Shown here one piece after another: positions 22,374-34,636 of a DNA stretch of 64,000 nucleotides (positions within the stretch are counted from its first letter, which is position 1; the number at the start of each line of letters is the position of its first letter). The DNA lies in NCBI GenBank assembly GCA_010093815.1, contig ML996569.1; one strand, given 5' to 3'. Under the pieces are notes generated by a model that saw only the letters and a list, made by a program, of their open reading frames with translations, made no database searches and was not told where the DNA came from. Made by a program: the position numbers and the translations under genes. This DNA comes from Pseudovirgaria hyperparasitica. Taxonomy: Eukaryota.

Positions 22374-25300
22374 ATGGCCCCTGTCTACACGTATGTACGT
22401 ACTCAGATGCTTCGGACATTGCTCCGGTACCGCTGGTTGCAATATCACTGCGCCTTTGGTGCTAGCCTATGGATTGACACCATGTCTCAAGACTCGTTCA
22501 TGCTCACCCTGTGGTCATTGTTTGTTTTTGCTAGTTGTACATGGTGGTGTGGCTCAGAGTTTATGCATGTCGTTTCATGAGCGGTCGACACGAGATTGAC
22601 TTTAGTCATATTACGGCTATAATGCTGTAGTGTTCACTTATGTTACAATACACAGCGATCCAAGTGTTAGGAAGGTAGGAGGCACTCGGGAAGCATCACA
22701 TTCACATAGGATGCACGAGGCTGAATCACTTGGCATTCTTCAGGGTCACTCTTGTCCCCTGAACTCTTGGATTTTATGGTAAATTGTATGCGACAAGAAG
22801 ATTCCAGAGAGCGCCGCAGTGGCAGGAGCCTCCGACTCATCAAACAATGTAGAACCTATGTGATTAAGTCAGCAGAATCAGACCTTGCTAACAGTTCTTC
22901 AGGTCTAATTCCAATTACATCGCGCAGCGCTGGGAAGACGCCCGGCAGATATGTCGAGAAAGCTTTTCAGACGACGAGAACCGATATCTCGACGAGATTA
23001 AAGATTGCGATGAGTTCCAGATCAGCTTGACTGCCGTTTCGGCGCATCTGGACAGGGACGAGCAGTCAAAACTCTTGTATCAGCTGAAGAATACTTTGCG
23101 ATCCTTGGAGAACTTTGTTGCTCTTCTTGCAGTCACTATTGGCAGGACTCCACTCGATGCCTGCCTAATCTGGGGCTTGCTGAGCTTGTTGATACAGGTA
23201 TGTGCACTGCAATCACAACTAGGCCCGTTAGCAAATTGACCTGACATTCCCTCATCGCATAGGCTGCGGCAAGAATGCCAACTGTGCTGACGGAAACGAT
23301 CGATATGCTGAACAATCTCGGGCATGACCTCGAAGTGCTGCAGATTCTGGAACGGTCCTTTGCCGACAATCCCACAATGAGAGACGACCTCATCGCGATA
23401 TTTGTCGATATAATCACGTTCTGGGTGAAGATCATCCACTTTCTACGTCGGAATCAACAAGGTTGGATGTATTGACGATAGATTCAGGGCTAAGCTGACA
23501 AAAGCACTAGAAACGTCTATCAAGCTTTATTGGTCTGCAGTGCAGAAGGACTGGGAGGCCACGAGCAAGAAAATCCGGACCCGATCATCACAGATAAAGG
23601 AGAAAGCGGATGCTCTAGCAGCTACTTCGATGCAGCCTGCCGCTCTACTAGAGAAGATTGAGCGCCTCAACGAGTTACTGATCAGCCAAAGACCTGGTAC
23701 CGAAGACACACAGCAGAGCATCTTCCCCTGCCATAACATACCGTATCTGCAGAACTCTCACTTCAAACAGCGAGATGCAGAGATCCGTGAGATTAGTCTT
23801 CATCTTGCCCACGACGAGACGGCCCCTTCGTTCAAGAGTTTCGCCATTTGGGGGCCTGGAGGCGTCGGAAAGACCCAAGTGGCCCTTGAATACTGCTATC
23901 AGGAGCTCGGGCGACAAATCGACCTGATCATGTGGATTGACTGTGAGACCGGCCTCTCAACATCCAAAAGCTTCTCGTCTCTCGCTAAGATGTTGCAACT
24001 CAACGGGGCCGAAAACGACACCGATCCGGACAATGCACGCCATTTGATACTCGACTGGCTCCGCAAAACCAGTACGGCAGTTGGTTGAATCCACACTGTT
24101 CGGAACCGGCGCTGACTTTCATTTCTAGACATATCCTGGCTCATGGTTCTCGATAACATAGAAGATACGAAGCTAGCTTGGGATTGCTGGCCTCACGCGC
24201 CCCACGGTTCGATACTCGTAACCTCCAGGACCGTCATCAACGTAAACGACCCAACCGCCGCCGGCATGGAGATCAAAACCTTCAATACCGCAAAGGGCGG
24301 CTCGATTCTCCTACACCTCGTCAATCGATACCCGTACTCTGACGACGAGAAGCACGCCGCAGAAGAACTCTCGCACGAGCTTGGTGGTCTGGGGCTTGCG
24401 CTGACCGTCATGGCAGCGCAGATAATCAGCCGACAGAAGAGCATCCGCGCCTTTCTCAAGTTCTACCAACAACATGCTTTACAGCTCCATCGAGAGACGC
24501 GAGGGCTCGGGATGTCTTACAAGGCCTCGCTTCGGACTTGCTGGATCAGTACGTTCGAAAGCTTAGGCCCTGAATCGACGACTCTGCTGAGCATCATTGC
24601 TTTTATTGCCCCTATTGAGACCTCAGAAGAGCTCTTTCAGCCCTCGGATACATCGGATATGGAAGAGCGGCTATTACTGTGCGCAGATGAATTCACGTGA
24701 GTACCTATGTCCGATGTCGAACTTTGCAAAACACCAAGGTAAAAACGCTAACTCTGCGCCGCGAGTTATGATAATGCCATGCAAGAGCTGCTTTCCGCAT
24801 CCCTCGTCCATCGCGCAGCAGGTGCCAACTCCATCAGTATCCACCGCCTCATCCAGCGTGAATTCCGAAACTTCATGTCCATAGATCAACTCTACTCCTC
24901 GTTTCTGGACAGTGCAACACTGCTCCACAAAGCGTTCCCGAAGCAAATCAACGGGAACAGCCTCAGGAATGAGTCTGTTCAATGTAAGAAGTACATCGAA
25001 CACGCCCTCTTCCTGTGTCGTCAGTGGCAGACATACAAGTTCAAGCCACGTACACCAGGCGATTTTCTCACTTTCACACGACTCATGACAAACTGCGGCT
25101 GGTAAGTGGGCACGAACAAGAACCCGCCAACCCCAATGCCTTCTTTGTGCAATGCTAAGAGAGACCCAAGGCACCTCCTAGAAGAAGGCATGTGGAGCGA
25201 GGAAATCGAACTAATGCAAACCGCCCTGCACGTCTGCGAAGACAAATCCGGGCTCGAATACGCACACCTCTGCAACACGTACGGCCACCTCGAAGTCGAG

Positions 25301-26215
25301 CGCGCAAACGCCTCCAAAGGCCTCGAGTATCTCGAGACATCCCGCAAGATCCGTGAGACCTTGCTCGACCCCATGCACCCAGAGCTCGCGAACACGTACA
25401 ACAACATCGGCAACGCCGTGCTGCAGGAGTACGAGACGCCCGAGGCCGTGCCCAGGGCCATCGAGCTGTACTCGCGGTCTGTCAAGATCAACGATGCGCC
25501 GTCGTCGGCGTTCATATGGCATCTTAATCTGAGCAGGGCGACGAGGTTAGCGGGGGATTATGCTCGGGCGAGGTTCCATGCTGCGAAGTCGAGGGAGTGT
25601 GTGGATGAGATGTTTGAGCCGGATACACACTGGGATGCGACGTGAGTTTTCAGGCTTCTATGGATGTCAACCAAGGGTATCATAATACTAACACCGTAAC
25701 CACAGAACCAAAGTCCACCTAGCCAACATCCTCTTCGACGAAGGCCTCATCCCCGAAGCCGAAGCCCTCTGGACCTCCGCCTTCAAAGCCTTCCAAAAGA
25801 CAAGCGAGACCCGCGCCGCCACAGTCGCCGTCCAGCTCAAACTAGCCCACGTCACAATGCTAAAAGGCGACCACAAACAAGCCGTGTACGTACCCGTACC
25901 CGTACCTCCCCCTCCCTTCCCACTTTTTCTACAACTCCCCCCCCAATTAAACTCACACACGAAAACAGCATCATGCTCGAGCGCCTCCTCACAATCGCCC
26001 AACTTCGCCTCCCCCTACTCGGCAACAACGGCGAGATCGCCCGGGTGACGCGCCGGCTCGCACAGGCGGTCAGGCTGTGCGGCGACACGGTCAAGGCGGA
26101 GCAACTCCGTGAGCGGGCCGAGCGTATGAGGCTGGAGATTCAGAAGGGGAGGAAGTATCAGCTGCCGGATGAGGATCAGTCGTACAACATTCTTGTTTTT
26201 AGCGAGTTTTGGTGA
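22374..26215 (+). CDS. Fungal NLR-like STAND protein: helical N-terminal domain, NB-ARC and TPR repeats (start uncertain; clear coding from about 22903)
   Basis: N-terminal domain IWGLLSLLIQ..IFVDIITFW, P-loop GPGGVGKT, Walker B WLMVLDNIED, GSILVTSR, LGGLGLAL, IHRLIQ and TPR-like HPELANTYNNIGNA. Exons join at canonical splice sites and the stop is at 26213-26215. The first exon at 22374 is a phase-compatible guess that requires a ~510-nt intron. Confidence 0.85.
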
Positions 26216-26419
26216 GCTGGAAAGGTGGTGTTGTTGGGGGCTGTGTTTTGGGGGAGCAGCGGGGGAGAGGGGTTGCGAGAGGGTTTGTTTATATGTATAT
26301 GGTGTTTGGTGAATATTCGTGTTGATAGCGAAATCCTGCATGTGAGGATTGAAGATTGTGGGCAGGGGCGTTAGAGCTTGCTTTAGATCTGATATTCTTT
26401 CCCATCCAATCATAGGCTG

Positions 26420-26800
26420 TGTGTGCTATTGTTACTCATGTCAGTCCAGAAGTTAGACTTTCTACTAACAAAAGAGATCAGTATGAGACCTGTATCGAGC
26501 AAGATCTTACCTATGGAAAAGAACAAGACTGTGTAACACCCAATTCTTGGATTATAACTCCTTTGATATACATAGTCATTTACCTTTCTTATTTCTAGAC
26601 TTATCCTACCATCTACCATAAGCTTGGCAATAGAAGGATAGGTCTAGAATTATCGTAATACAAATCACATACCACTACTTTCTATATATATATATATATA
26701 CCTCAAAGATGAAACAACTAGAAGAGAGATTATAAGTAAGAAAGACAACAATTCATAGTAACACATTTCATTTTCATTTCACTCACCTAGTCTTCTATAT
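26420..26800. repeat. AT/TpA-rich tract with a (TA)n microsatellite (about 26683-26700)
   Basis: Low GC, many TAG/CTA/TATA words and a TATATA run, between convergent genes. Confidence 0.5.
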
Positions 26801-27137
26801 AACCCCCAATGTAGGTAGGTGTAACGCCCGAGGCAAAGCTAACTAACAACACAACCTTCCAATATCAAGACTGAGAGGCCCAGTCGAAATTCTCCCATCT
26901 AAACTGGCAACCAGATGCAGTTTTGAGTAGCAGTAGTAGGTACTTCAACGAGGCGAAGATTGCCACCGCCGTCGCCGCCGTCGCAGCAGCAGCAGCAGTC
27001 AGACATATATCCAGGTGTCTCCAGCCATATAGACTTGTCCCAAAAAAACTCCGTTGATATCAACAGATGCGTGCAAACATATCGCCGTGCCATGCCATGC
27101 CATTACCATAAACCACATGTACCAAGTTCAGGCCCCT

Positions 27138-29444
27138 TTACGAGTCAATCAAATCCTCAACCCAGCCATCCAAATCAACAACTCTAAACCTATCGCCCCA
27201 CTGAGCCCTCCATGCCGAATCCAGATACGCGCGATTAATTCCGTCGCGCCAACTCATCAGCTCAACGCTCCACCCTTTCTTCAGCGCGCGCTCCACCATC
27301 TTCAAGAAGCCTTGGGAATACTCTGCGACCGCCGCGTCGCCGGTGGCAAGCACCATGGTGCCTGGCTCGTCTGCATCGACAACTGATTCGAGCATCTTCA
27401 GGTGCAAGATCTCGTCGACGCCCTGCTCGACCCATTTCTGAGTCGGCGGTGTCTCGACGGAGGTGGCGGCGTGCCGAGCAGGTGTGCTAGGACCAGTAGC
27501 TGCAAAGGCCGTTTCAGACGCTTTCGTGCTGCTGCCCGGCACACTTGTGCATGCGTATCCGCCACCGTACAGGGTGCCTCCGTTTCCGAAGCCAGAGTCG
27601 CGTTGGGAATAGAACTGCGACTTCTGTTTCTTGGAGAGGTCTTTGTCCTTGTACACCTGTTCAAGAATGTTCGTTTCATAGCCGACCGCCTTGGCCATGT
27701 CAAAAGCTGGGAGGTTGGGATATGAACCGGCGAGCACACGTTTGGCGACTGGGCGGCGGCGCTCCATGAGTAAAACGAGGCTATCAAAGGAGATTTCAAG
27801 CCCTTTGACCTGTCTGCCGTACGGAAGACCGAAGGAGCGGCGGATGTATTCCTTGAAGCCAATAAAGATATTGGAGGCATCGACAAAGACATGAATGCCT
27901 TTGACGGTGCTGGTATGGGTAGAGAGTTGAGCTGGTGAGACTAACCACTTCTTATCCATGGGAAATTGCTTGATAAGTTCGAGAAAGAAGTGCATGTGGC
28001 GATCTTCGCCATGTCGCATGGTAATCGAGGGTCCTACCACTGCCCTTTCGGGGGAAGGCTGGATCTTTCGGGGTAGGGATACCGGAGGGGCAAGTTTCGT
28101 AACACGAGGTCCGTTTGGAGTTCGGTATTGTGGTTGAGGTGGTGGTGTCATCTGCGGATTTGTCTGAACAGAATACTGTAGCGCCTGACCAGGGCCATTT
28201 TGCTGATACACATTCGCGTATGAAGGGAACGCCGGGTTTGCTGTCTGAGATAACAAAGGAGAATCGTCATATTGGGCAATCGTAAAAGGAGGAAACTTCG
28301 GCTTAGGCGTCACATTCTTGGTGTTCAAAATTTGTGACCTAGACACCGGTTGTGACTGTGGTACTGCAACATCTCCTATAATCATATCCTGCTCTCTCTT
28401 CGCAGGCGTGTATCCGTTTGCAGCTGCTACGTCTTCAGGTGTCATAGAATCAGTAAGCTTCAACTGCGTGTCTTTCTTCTTCAGTTTTTGTGAATTCGTT
28501 GCTGCGACCTCTCCGGGAGTCATATGCTCCGTAAGGTTTAGCACCTTCAAAGCAGGGCCCTTACTCTCTGGATTGACAAACTTAGATCGCAAAGGATACC
28601 GATTCGTAGGCGTCGGAGTGACAGGCTCTTGCACAATCGGATGCACACTCGCCTTTCCCGCCGGCGTTTTCTTCTTCTTGCCTTTCGCAGTGTCAGGCTC
28701 CGCATCACTCACAGCTTTCGCATGAGCTTGCTTAGCTTGAGCTTCAGCCCGACTTTTCTTCTGAATTCTCTTGAGAGCCTTACGGGCTCGCTTAGCTGCT
28801 TTTCTCTGCTCTTTCGTCGCTTTCTTGCCTTTACTAGTCGGGGTGGTCGAGTCTTTGACGTCATCTGCGCTCTCGCCAGTGTCTTCGGGAGCCTCAGACT
28901 CGGTCGTATCTCCAGTGTGATAATCAAAGACATCATCCGTATCCGTCCAGGTGACGTGGTCCGCCTTGTGCCGGGGTTCGTGATACACCGCTCCGTCAGA
29001 CGTATAATCCTTGCTGCGTTCAATCGTAACGACCCGCTCGTCAGACGAACTATCCTGTACGAGCTTCGGTCTCTTAGGTACCTTAGCTGCGAAGTCTTTC
29101 TGTTCAACTTCAGTATCAGGTGCATCAATCCGCACTCCACGTCGCGGCTGAGGAGAAGGAGAGGGCGACAGCGACGGCGGCCGTACCCGAGGCGGAGGCG
29201 CTGCAGGATCTACGCCGAGATACTCCCAAAGCTTCGTGAAGTCACCCAAGCCCTGGGATTGTGCTCTGGTAGCTCTAGATCTGTTCGTGTCTGCATCCAC
29301 GATGCCATTGTGAGCTTCCTTCAGCGCTTCGTCGCTTGGTACAGGTACGTCATTATTCGGTGGCGGCGAGGAAAGGTTGTGGAGGAGGTCGTAGACAGGA
29401 CCAAAGTCCCACGCCCTGGCGTTTTCAGAGACTAGCGAGGGCAT
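27138..29444 (-). CDS. Protein with low-complexity N-terminus and C-terminal NYN/LabA (PIN-like) domain
   Basis: 768-aa ORF with HVFVDASNIFIG, EQGVDEILH, MVLATGD and WSVELMSW, the acidic PIN-like motif set. Confidence 0.82.
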   Translation of the reverse strand: MPSLVSENARAWDFGPVYDLLHNLSSPPPNNDVPVPSDEALKEAHNGIVDADTNRSRATRAQSQGLGDFTKLWEYLGVDPAAPPPRVRPPSLSPSPSPQPRRGVRIDAPDTEVEQKDFAAKVPKRPKLVQDSSSDERVVTIERSKDYTSDGAVYHEPRHKADHVTWTDTDDVFDYHTGDTTESEAPEDTGESADDVKDSTTPTSKGKKATKEQRKAAKRARKALKRIQKKSRAEAQAKQAHAKAVSDAEPDTAKGKKKKTPAGKASVHPIVQEPVTPTPTNRYPLRSKFVNPESKGPALKVLNLTEHMTPGEVAATNSQKLKKKDTQLKLTDSMTPEDVAAANGYTPAKREQDMIIGDVAVPQSQPVSRSQILNTKNVTPKPKFPPFTIAQYDDSPLLSQTANPAFPSYANVYQQNGPGQALQYSVQTNPQMTPPPQPQYRTPNGPRVTKLAPPVSLPRKIQPSPERAVVGPSITMRHGEDRHMHFFLELIKQFPMDKKWLVSPAQLSTHTSTVKGIHVFVDASNIFIGFKEYIRRSFGLPYGRQVKGLEISFDSLVLLMERRRPVAKRVLAGSYPNLPAFDMAKAVGYETNILEQVYKDKDLSKKQKSQFYSQRDSGFGNGGTLYGGGYACTSVPGSSTKASETAFAATGPSTPARHAATSVETPPTQKWVEQGVDEILHLKMLESVVDADEPGTMVLATGDAAVAEYSQGFLKMVERALKKGWSVELMSWRDGINRAYLDSAWRAQWGDRFRVVDLDGWVEDLIDS

Positions 29445-30083
29445 GTAATTGTTTCGCGGGGTGGTAAGTATATATGTGTATTTTTGAAAGGTTCAATTCA
29501 GTGATTTGAGCGGTTCGTCTGTAATACTTGAAACTGGGACGGATTAGCATTGTCATGATGAGAAGGAAGGCTGGTAACACTACGAGCGAACCTAAAGAGA
29601 GTCATAAGTGGGCTGCAGCTTTCAGTCGTATTTTCATCCTCAGTCTTGTGAAGTGAAAGAAGAGGCTGGTGGGAAGTCAAGGTAAGGCACAGAGACAGAG
29701 CGCACAGTCAACGGTAGGTAGTGGTGTCATACAACCAAGGGCCCAGCTTGAGGCGGTGGCAGTACCCAAGCTAGCTGTTTATAGTTTAGCTTAAACGGTC
29801 CACACGCCACATGAGTACCAACAGCATCTGATTGAAGCAGAAGCATAACCACACTGCATAATAGCCAGTAAACACACCGCTGCAAACATCAACCAGCCAG
29901 CCAAACCAACCCAGGCCATCTGACTCTCTCCCCTTGCACATCCCCTATTCACCCATACATTCACAATGCCTAAACCATAATCATCTGTCCCATTACCCCA
30001 CATCTACCCCACCATATGCCAGATTTTGCAGTCATCAGGGAGTGTATTTGAGCGGGTGGTCTATCACTACTATTCACAACATA

Positions 30084-31162
30084 ATGTCTGCAGATTTTTG
30101 GGCCGGCTACATAAGCGGGGCCATAGGCATTCTCATCGGCAACCCTCTCGACCTCATAAAGACCCGTTTGCAAGCAGGCCAGCCGACGCCTGTATCGCCG
30201 CCATCAGGTCCATCAGGACCTGTGTCAGGACAAGTCACATGGCGGACGCAATTCGACAGAGCAGGGACATTAGTACGAGGTACGAGCATGTATATTGCCG
30301 ACTCCCTTGATATTCCATCAACAAGCGTAGATTGTGTTCTTATATTTCTCGTTCTGTGTACACAGGAGCATCAGCACCAATCATTGGCTACGGCGCCCTC
30401 AACGCGCTTCTATTTGTGTCCTACAACCGCACACTATCCGTCCTGACATCGACACCATACCCACCAGTAGCAGCACCGTCCGCGGAACCAGCCCAGCTAC
30501 CAGCGCTATGGAAGATCTACACTGCCGGCTGCGTCGCCGGATTCGCAACCTTCGTCGTCTCTGCGCCAACCGAGCTGATCAAATGCCGTGCCCAGGTGCT
30601 CTCCTCGCCCAACACAGGGGGCAACAGCACCGGCATCTCAACAACGACTCCACCCAGCAGCTACGCCATAACCCGCGCCATCCTCCGCACACACGGAATC
30701 CGCGGCCTCTACCACGGCGGTCAAATCACCTCCCTCCGTGACGCTATCGGATACGGCTTCTACTTCCTGTCCTACGAGTACACCCGCTCTGCTCTATCCT
30801 CGCCTACTACTGACACCCCCCGGATGGAAGGCTTGAAAGTGCTGCTTTGCGGTGGGTTTGCTGGGATAGTGACGTGGGCGAGCATTTTCCCGTTGGATGT
30901 GATCAAGACGAGAGTGCAGACGCAGGTGATGATGGCGGGGGCGGCTACGGGTCCAGTGGATGGCGGCGAGAGAGGGCCGCTGCTTGCTAGGGCGAATCGA
31001 AGGAGGATGTCGACGCTGGCGGTGGCCCGGCATGCCTATGAGACGGAAGGCGTGAGGGTGTTTTTCCGCGGTCTGGGAGTCTGTAGTGTTAGGGCTTTTG
31101 TTGTCAATGCTGTGCAATGGGCCATGTATGAATGGGTCATGAAGTTGATGAAACAGGACTGA
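30084..31162 (+). CDS. Mitochondrial carrier family protein (carnitine/basic amino acid carrier-like)
   Basis: Three PxD/ExxKxR motifs (PLDLIKTR, PTELIKCR, PLDVIKTR). One intron at about 30279-30365. Confidence 0.93.
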
Positions 31163-31943
31163 GACTGGACGGACCAGGAACAAGAAATAGAGAAAACAAC
31201 GATAGAGCGGACACTCGCCAGTCCATCGCACATATACAGTGGAATAATAGCACCTCCTGTACACATCAGTTTCGCTGTCAAGTCATACTTGACAGCCAAA
31301 GGTGATCGCGCAACGTATAACGAGCGTAAAGGGATCAGACCAAAAAGAGTGGTATCTGCACACGCAACGTAATGCACACTGACTCACCTTGCAAATACCT
31401 CACATCACATAACGGCCCCTACGCTCCTGTAGAATAAATCACCCGACCCGTGCCATTTGGTCCACGCACCAGACGTCGTCCGTATATCCATCATTCCATT
31501 TTCTCAATCTGTCCCTAGCGTCCTATTACAAAGCAAAGAAATTTTGCAGTCCAACCAACGATCCCGCCTGCGACATGCAAGAGCATTTCGTTCGATCTCC
31601 CGTACTTTAGCCAGATGCTTACAATCCATTTCGTGTCTAGTTCCACCGTGCACTACGCGAAAGCGATAGCTTTTGGGTGATGATAGCGCCATTGAGACCA
31701 CCCATTCATGCCAGAGGCCCAAAGGAGATCCACTCTTTACGACTTTGCAGTCGGATACGCTAAGCGATTCTTGAGATGAAAACAGGTTTTAGGAAAGGAA
31801 ATAAAGAAAATCCAACAAAGCGCTTTTGAAATCAGACATTGTGGACGACAAGGTCCAGTCAATAATTGGCGGCCTGGGTGGCTCTGAAGCATTCGGAAAA
31901 TGCCCAGAATCTCGACCGAGCGAGCTAGCACAGAACGTGGGTC

Positions 31944-33864
31944 TCACATAATCTGATCCTGAGTAAGGCCAGCGGTTGACTCGGTGCCTTCCATGGCGTC
32001 ACCGTTACCAGCAACATTGCTGTAGCGAACGAACGAAAGACCAAGAGGGCGACCACCGTACTGGTATCCGGTGAATTTGGCTATTGTGACGAATTAGCCT
32101 CGCAACATCTCTTTCTGACAGGGGGATTTTCTTACAGATGGCGGTTTCAGCATTCTCCGTGGAATCGAACTCCACTACACCGGTGCCACGTGAGCGACCA
32201 CTGCCCTCGTACTGGATTTCAGCGCGCTCGACTTTGCCGATCGTAGTGAATAGTTCAACCAGGTCCTCGTTGCTGGTAGACCAAGGAAGCTGCAAGAAAT
32301 TAGTCTGTATCAAATAAAAGAGCCATGATGATGCCTCTTACATTTCGGACGAAGATAAGCGGGCCAGGCTCTCCGTTGGGGCCAGCGAAGTCAGTGAAAG
32401 GGTTCGGTGGGTTGGAAGGTCCTGCACCGTAGCTAGAACCACCAGGAGCACCCCCGTAGCCACCAGCACCACCTCCGTAGCCGCCACGGCCTCCACCAAA
32501 GCCCGACCCACCGTCGTAACCTCCACGGCCTCCTCCGAAGCCTCCACGGCCGCCAAAGCCACCGCGGCCCCCTCCGAAACCTCCGCCGAAACCTCCACGG
32601 GCACCAAAGCCTCCGCGGCCGCCAAAGCCACCGCCAGAGCCGGCAAATCGATCTTCTCGAACCTCGAGTTGTCTACCTTGCCAATCGTAGCCATTGAACT
32701 GAGCAATCGCTGCTTGGGCGTCCTCGACAGTCTCAAATGCGACGATACCAGTTCCCTTTGGACGGCCGTCGGGCGTCATATGGACGTCGGCTCGAATAAC
32801 GCCTCCGGTGTTTGCTAAAAGAAAACATGGTCAGACATGATCAGAGAGCCTGGATAGGCCACAATACACTCACCTGCCTGGCGAAACAGGTCTTTCAGGT
32901 CTTGCCACCCAGCATTGTAGGGAAGCTAGGCAATGTTAGTTCGTGTTCAAAGCTATGAGTTCAACTGTGATGGCAATGTGTCCTACGTTGGAGATGTAGA
33001 TCTGGCGAGCGCCACCAGGTGGGCCACCGCTAGGAGGGCCTCCATAGCCACCGCCTCCACCTCCGTAGCCGCCACGGCCCATTCCACCGTCCATACCACC
33101 GCGGCTAGGTGCAGAAAAGCGAGGCTCTGGCTCGCGGTCCTAATTCAACAATGTCAATACGTGATATGAACTACAAGTCGATTGAAATGTGGGCTGACCT
33201 CGCGAACGTAGACTAGACGCCCCATCAAGTTCTGGTTCGACAAAGTGTTGACCGCCTGTTGCGCTTGGTCACGAGTAGCATACTCGACAATACTGAGCAA
33301 TATTCATTAGCAAAGGCATTACGCAAGGACGATTGTCATAAACTTACCCACATCCCTATAACACCCACGGACAGAGTCCAATCCGTCAACCAATATTCTC
33401 AAATGTACGCAAACCAAGGAACCAATTGCATCAGCAGCCCACCTTAGACATTCCATTCGGAAGAAGTAGCACATCGGCGTAGATGACTTCGCCAGCTACA
33501 TACTACAATCAGCAGATATTACGGTCCACTTAACAATCGACTGACCTTGGCGCATGAAGTCTTTGAGATGATGCCATTTGACATCATAACTCAAGTTTCC
33601 GACATAGACACGACGGTCCTGTTGAGAGTTCTCTTTGACGTTGGCCATCATATTGTCCTTGCTGGCTGGTCCACTAGCACCACTAGACCCAGCCCGGTAT
33701 GAGTTCGAATTGTGGCCTCCACCTGCACCTCCAGGGGAACGACGGCGAGTCTCACGGGATCTGTCGCGAGGAGAGTAGGAGCGGCGTTCGCGACGTGGGG
33801 AACGAGATCGGCCTCGTGGAGATCGGTTACGCTGTGAGTAATTAACGTCGTGGTCTTCCTGCAT
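31944..33864 (-). CDS. Gbp2/Hrb1-like SR/RGG three-RRM RNA-binding protein
   Basis: RS-rich N-terminus. RRM1 has VYVGNLSYDVKWHHLKDFMR and spliced KGCGIVEY. RRM2 has LPYNAGWQDLKDLFRQA. An RGG tract precedes RRM3 (LPWSTSNEDLVELF..RGTGVVEF..YGGRPL). Stop at 31944-31946. Confidence 0.92.
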
Positions 33865-34511
33865 GGTTGAGTTGAAATGGCGTGCGATTGCGGATGTGGA
33901 GGTGATGGAAATGAGTAGTCGTGGTTGACTGCAAAAGCTGCAGAGATGCAAGGCTGAAGTTCTGCGTGCAAAGGTTCGCTAGACCAAGGATAGATTGATG
34001 CCTGAGGCAACAGGAACTCCGCTTGAGACAAACAGCTCGCGCCACCAGTATCGCAGGGCATAGCCGGGTGAAAGTGGGGCATGGAACAGGGAGGAGTAAT
34101 TGTACTTACTTCGCGTGGGCGATAAGAGTCTCCGGAGGAATCTATTGTGAAAAGCTCGGTGAGTATAATAAAGCAAGATGCGTTGGGAAGAGTAATGGAG
34201 GGGAAGTCGGATGGGAAAAATCAAAAGTTGTCAGGGCTGAAAGACAGCGGGTGGACAAGACGGAGATCAAATCGGCTTGGGCACAGCAGGTTGTAGAGGA
34301 ACTAGCCTAGCCGTAGCTGACTGGTGCGGTGGGGGGAGACAGGAAACAGACAGAAGGCAAAAAGGGCAGACAAAGGACGGGCGCGGCGGGTGCACGTCTG
34401 ATCTGATGCAGAGGGAGGTGGGATGATGAGGTGGAAGTGGAGATTTGAACAGGAGGCGCTTACCCATTGCAGTGGAAGACGAGTGGTCGATTTCGGGGGG
34501 TGGAGGTAAGG

Positions 34512-34603
34512 GGTGTGTCTGTGTGTGTGTCTGTGTGTGTGTGTGTATGTGTGTATGTGGGCGTGTGTGTATGCGTGTGCGTATGCGTGCGCGTGGGTGG
34601 GTT

Positions 34604-34634
<31 letters not shown>
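34512..34634. repeat. Compound (GT)n microsatellite
   Basis: Long interrupted GT/TG dinucleotide tract. Confidence 0.95.

Positions 34635-34636
<2 letters not shown>

Noticed and set aside
26215..27138. NLR and NYN nuclease as a sensor-effector pair
   Set aside because: They are merely convergent neighbours separated by an AT tract, and the NYN gene opens the housekeeping block. There is no evidence of coupling.
28629..29435. 268-aa plus-strand ORF
   Set aside because: Antisense shadow of the NYN-domain gene with no recognisable motifs. The same applies to most short overlapping ORFs in the track.
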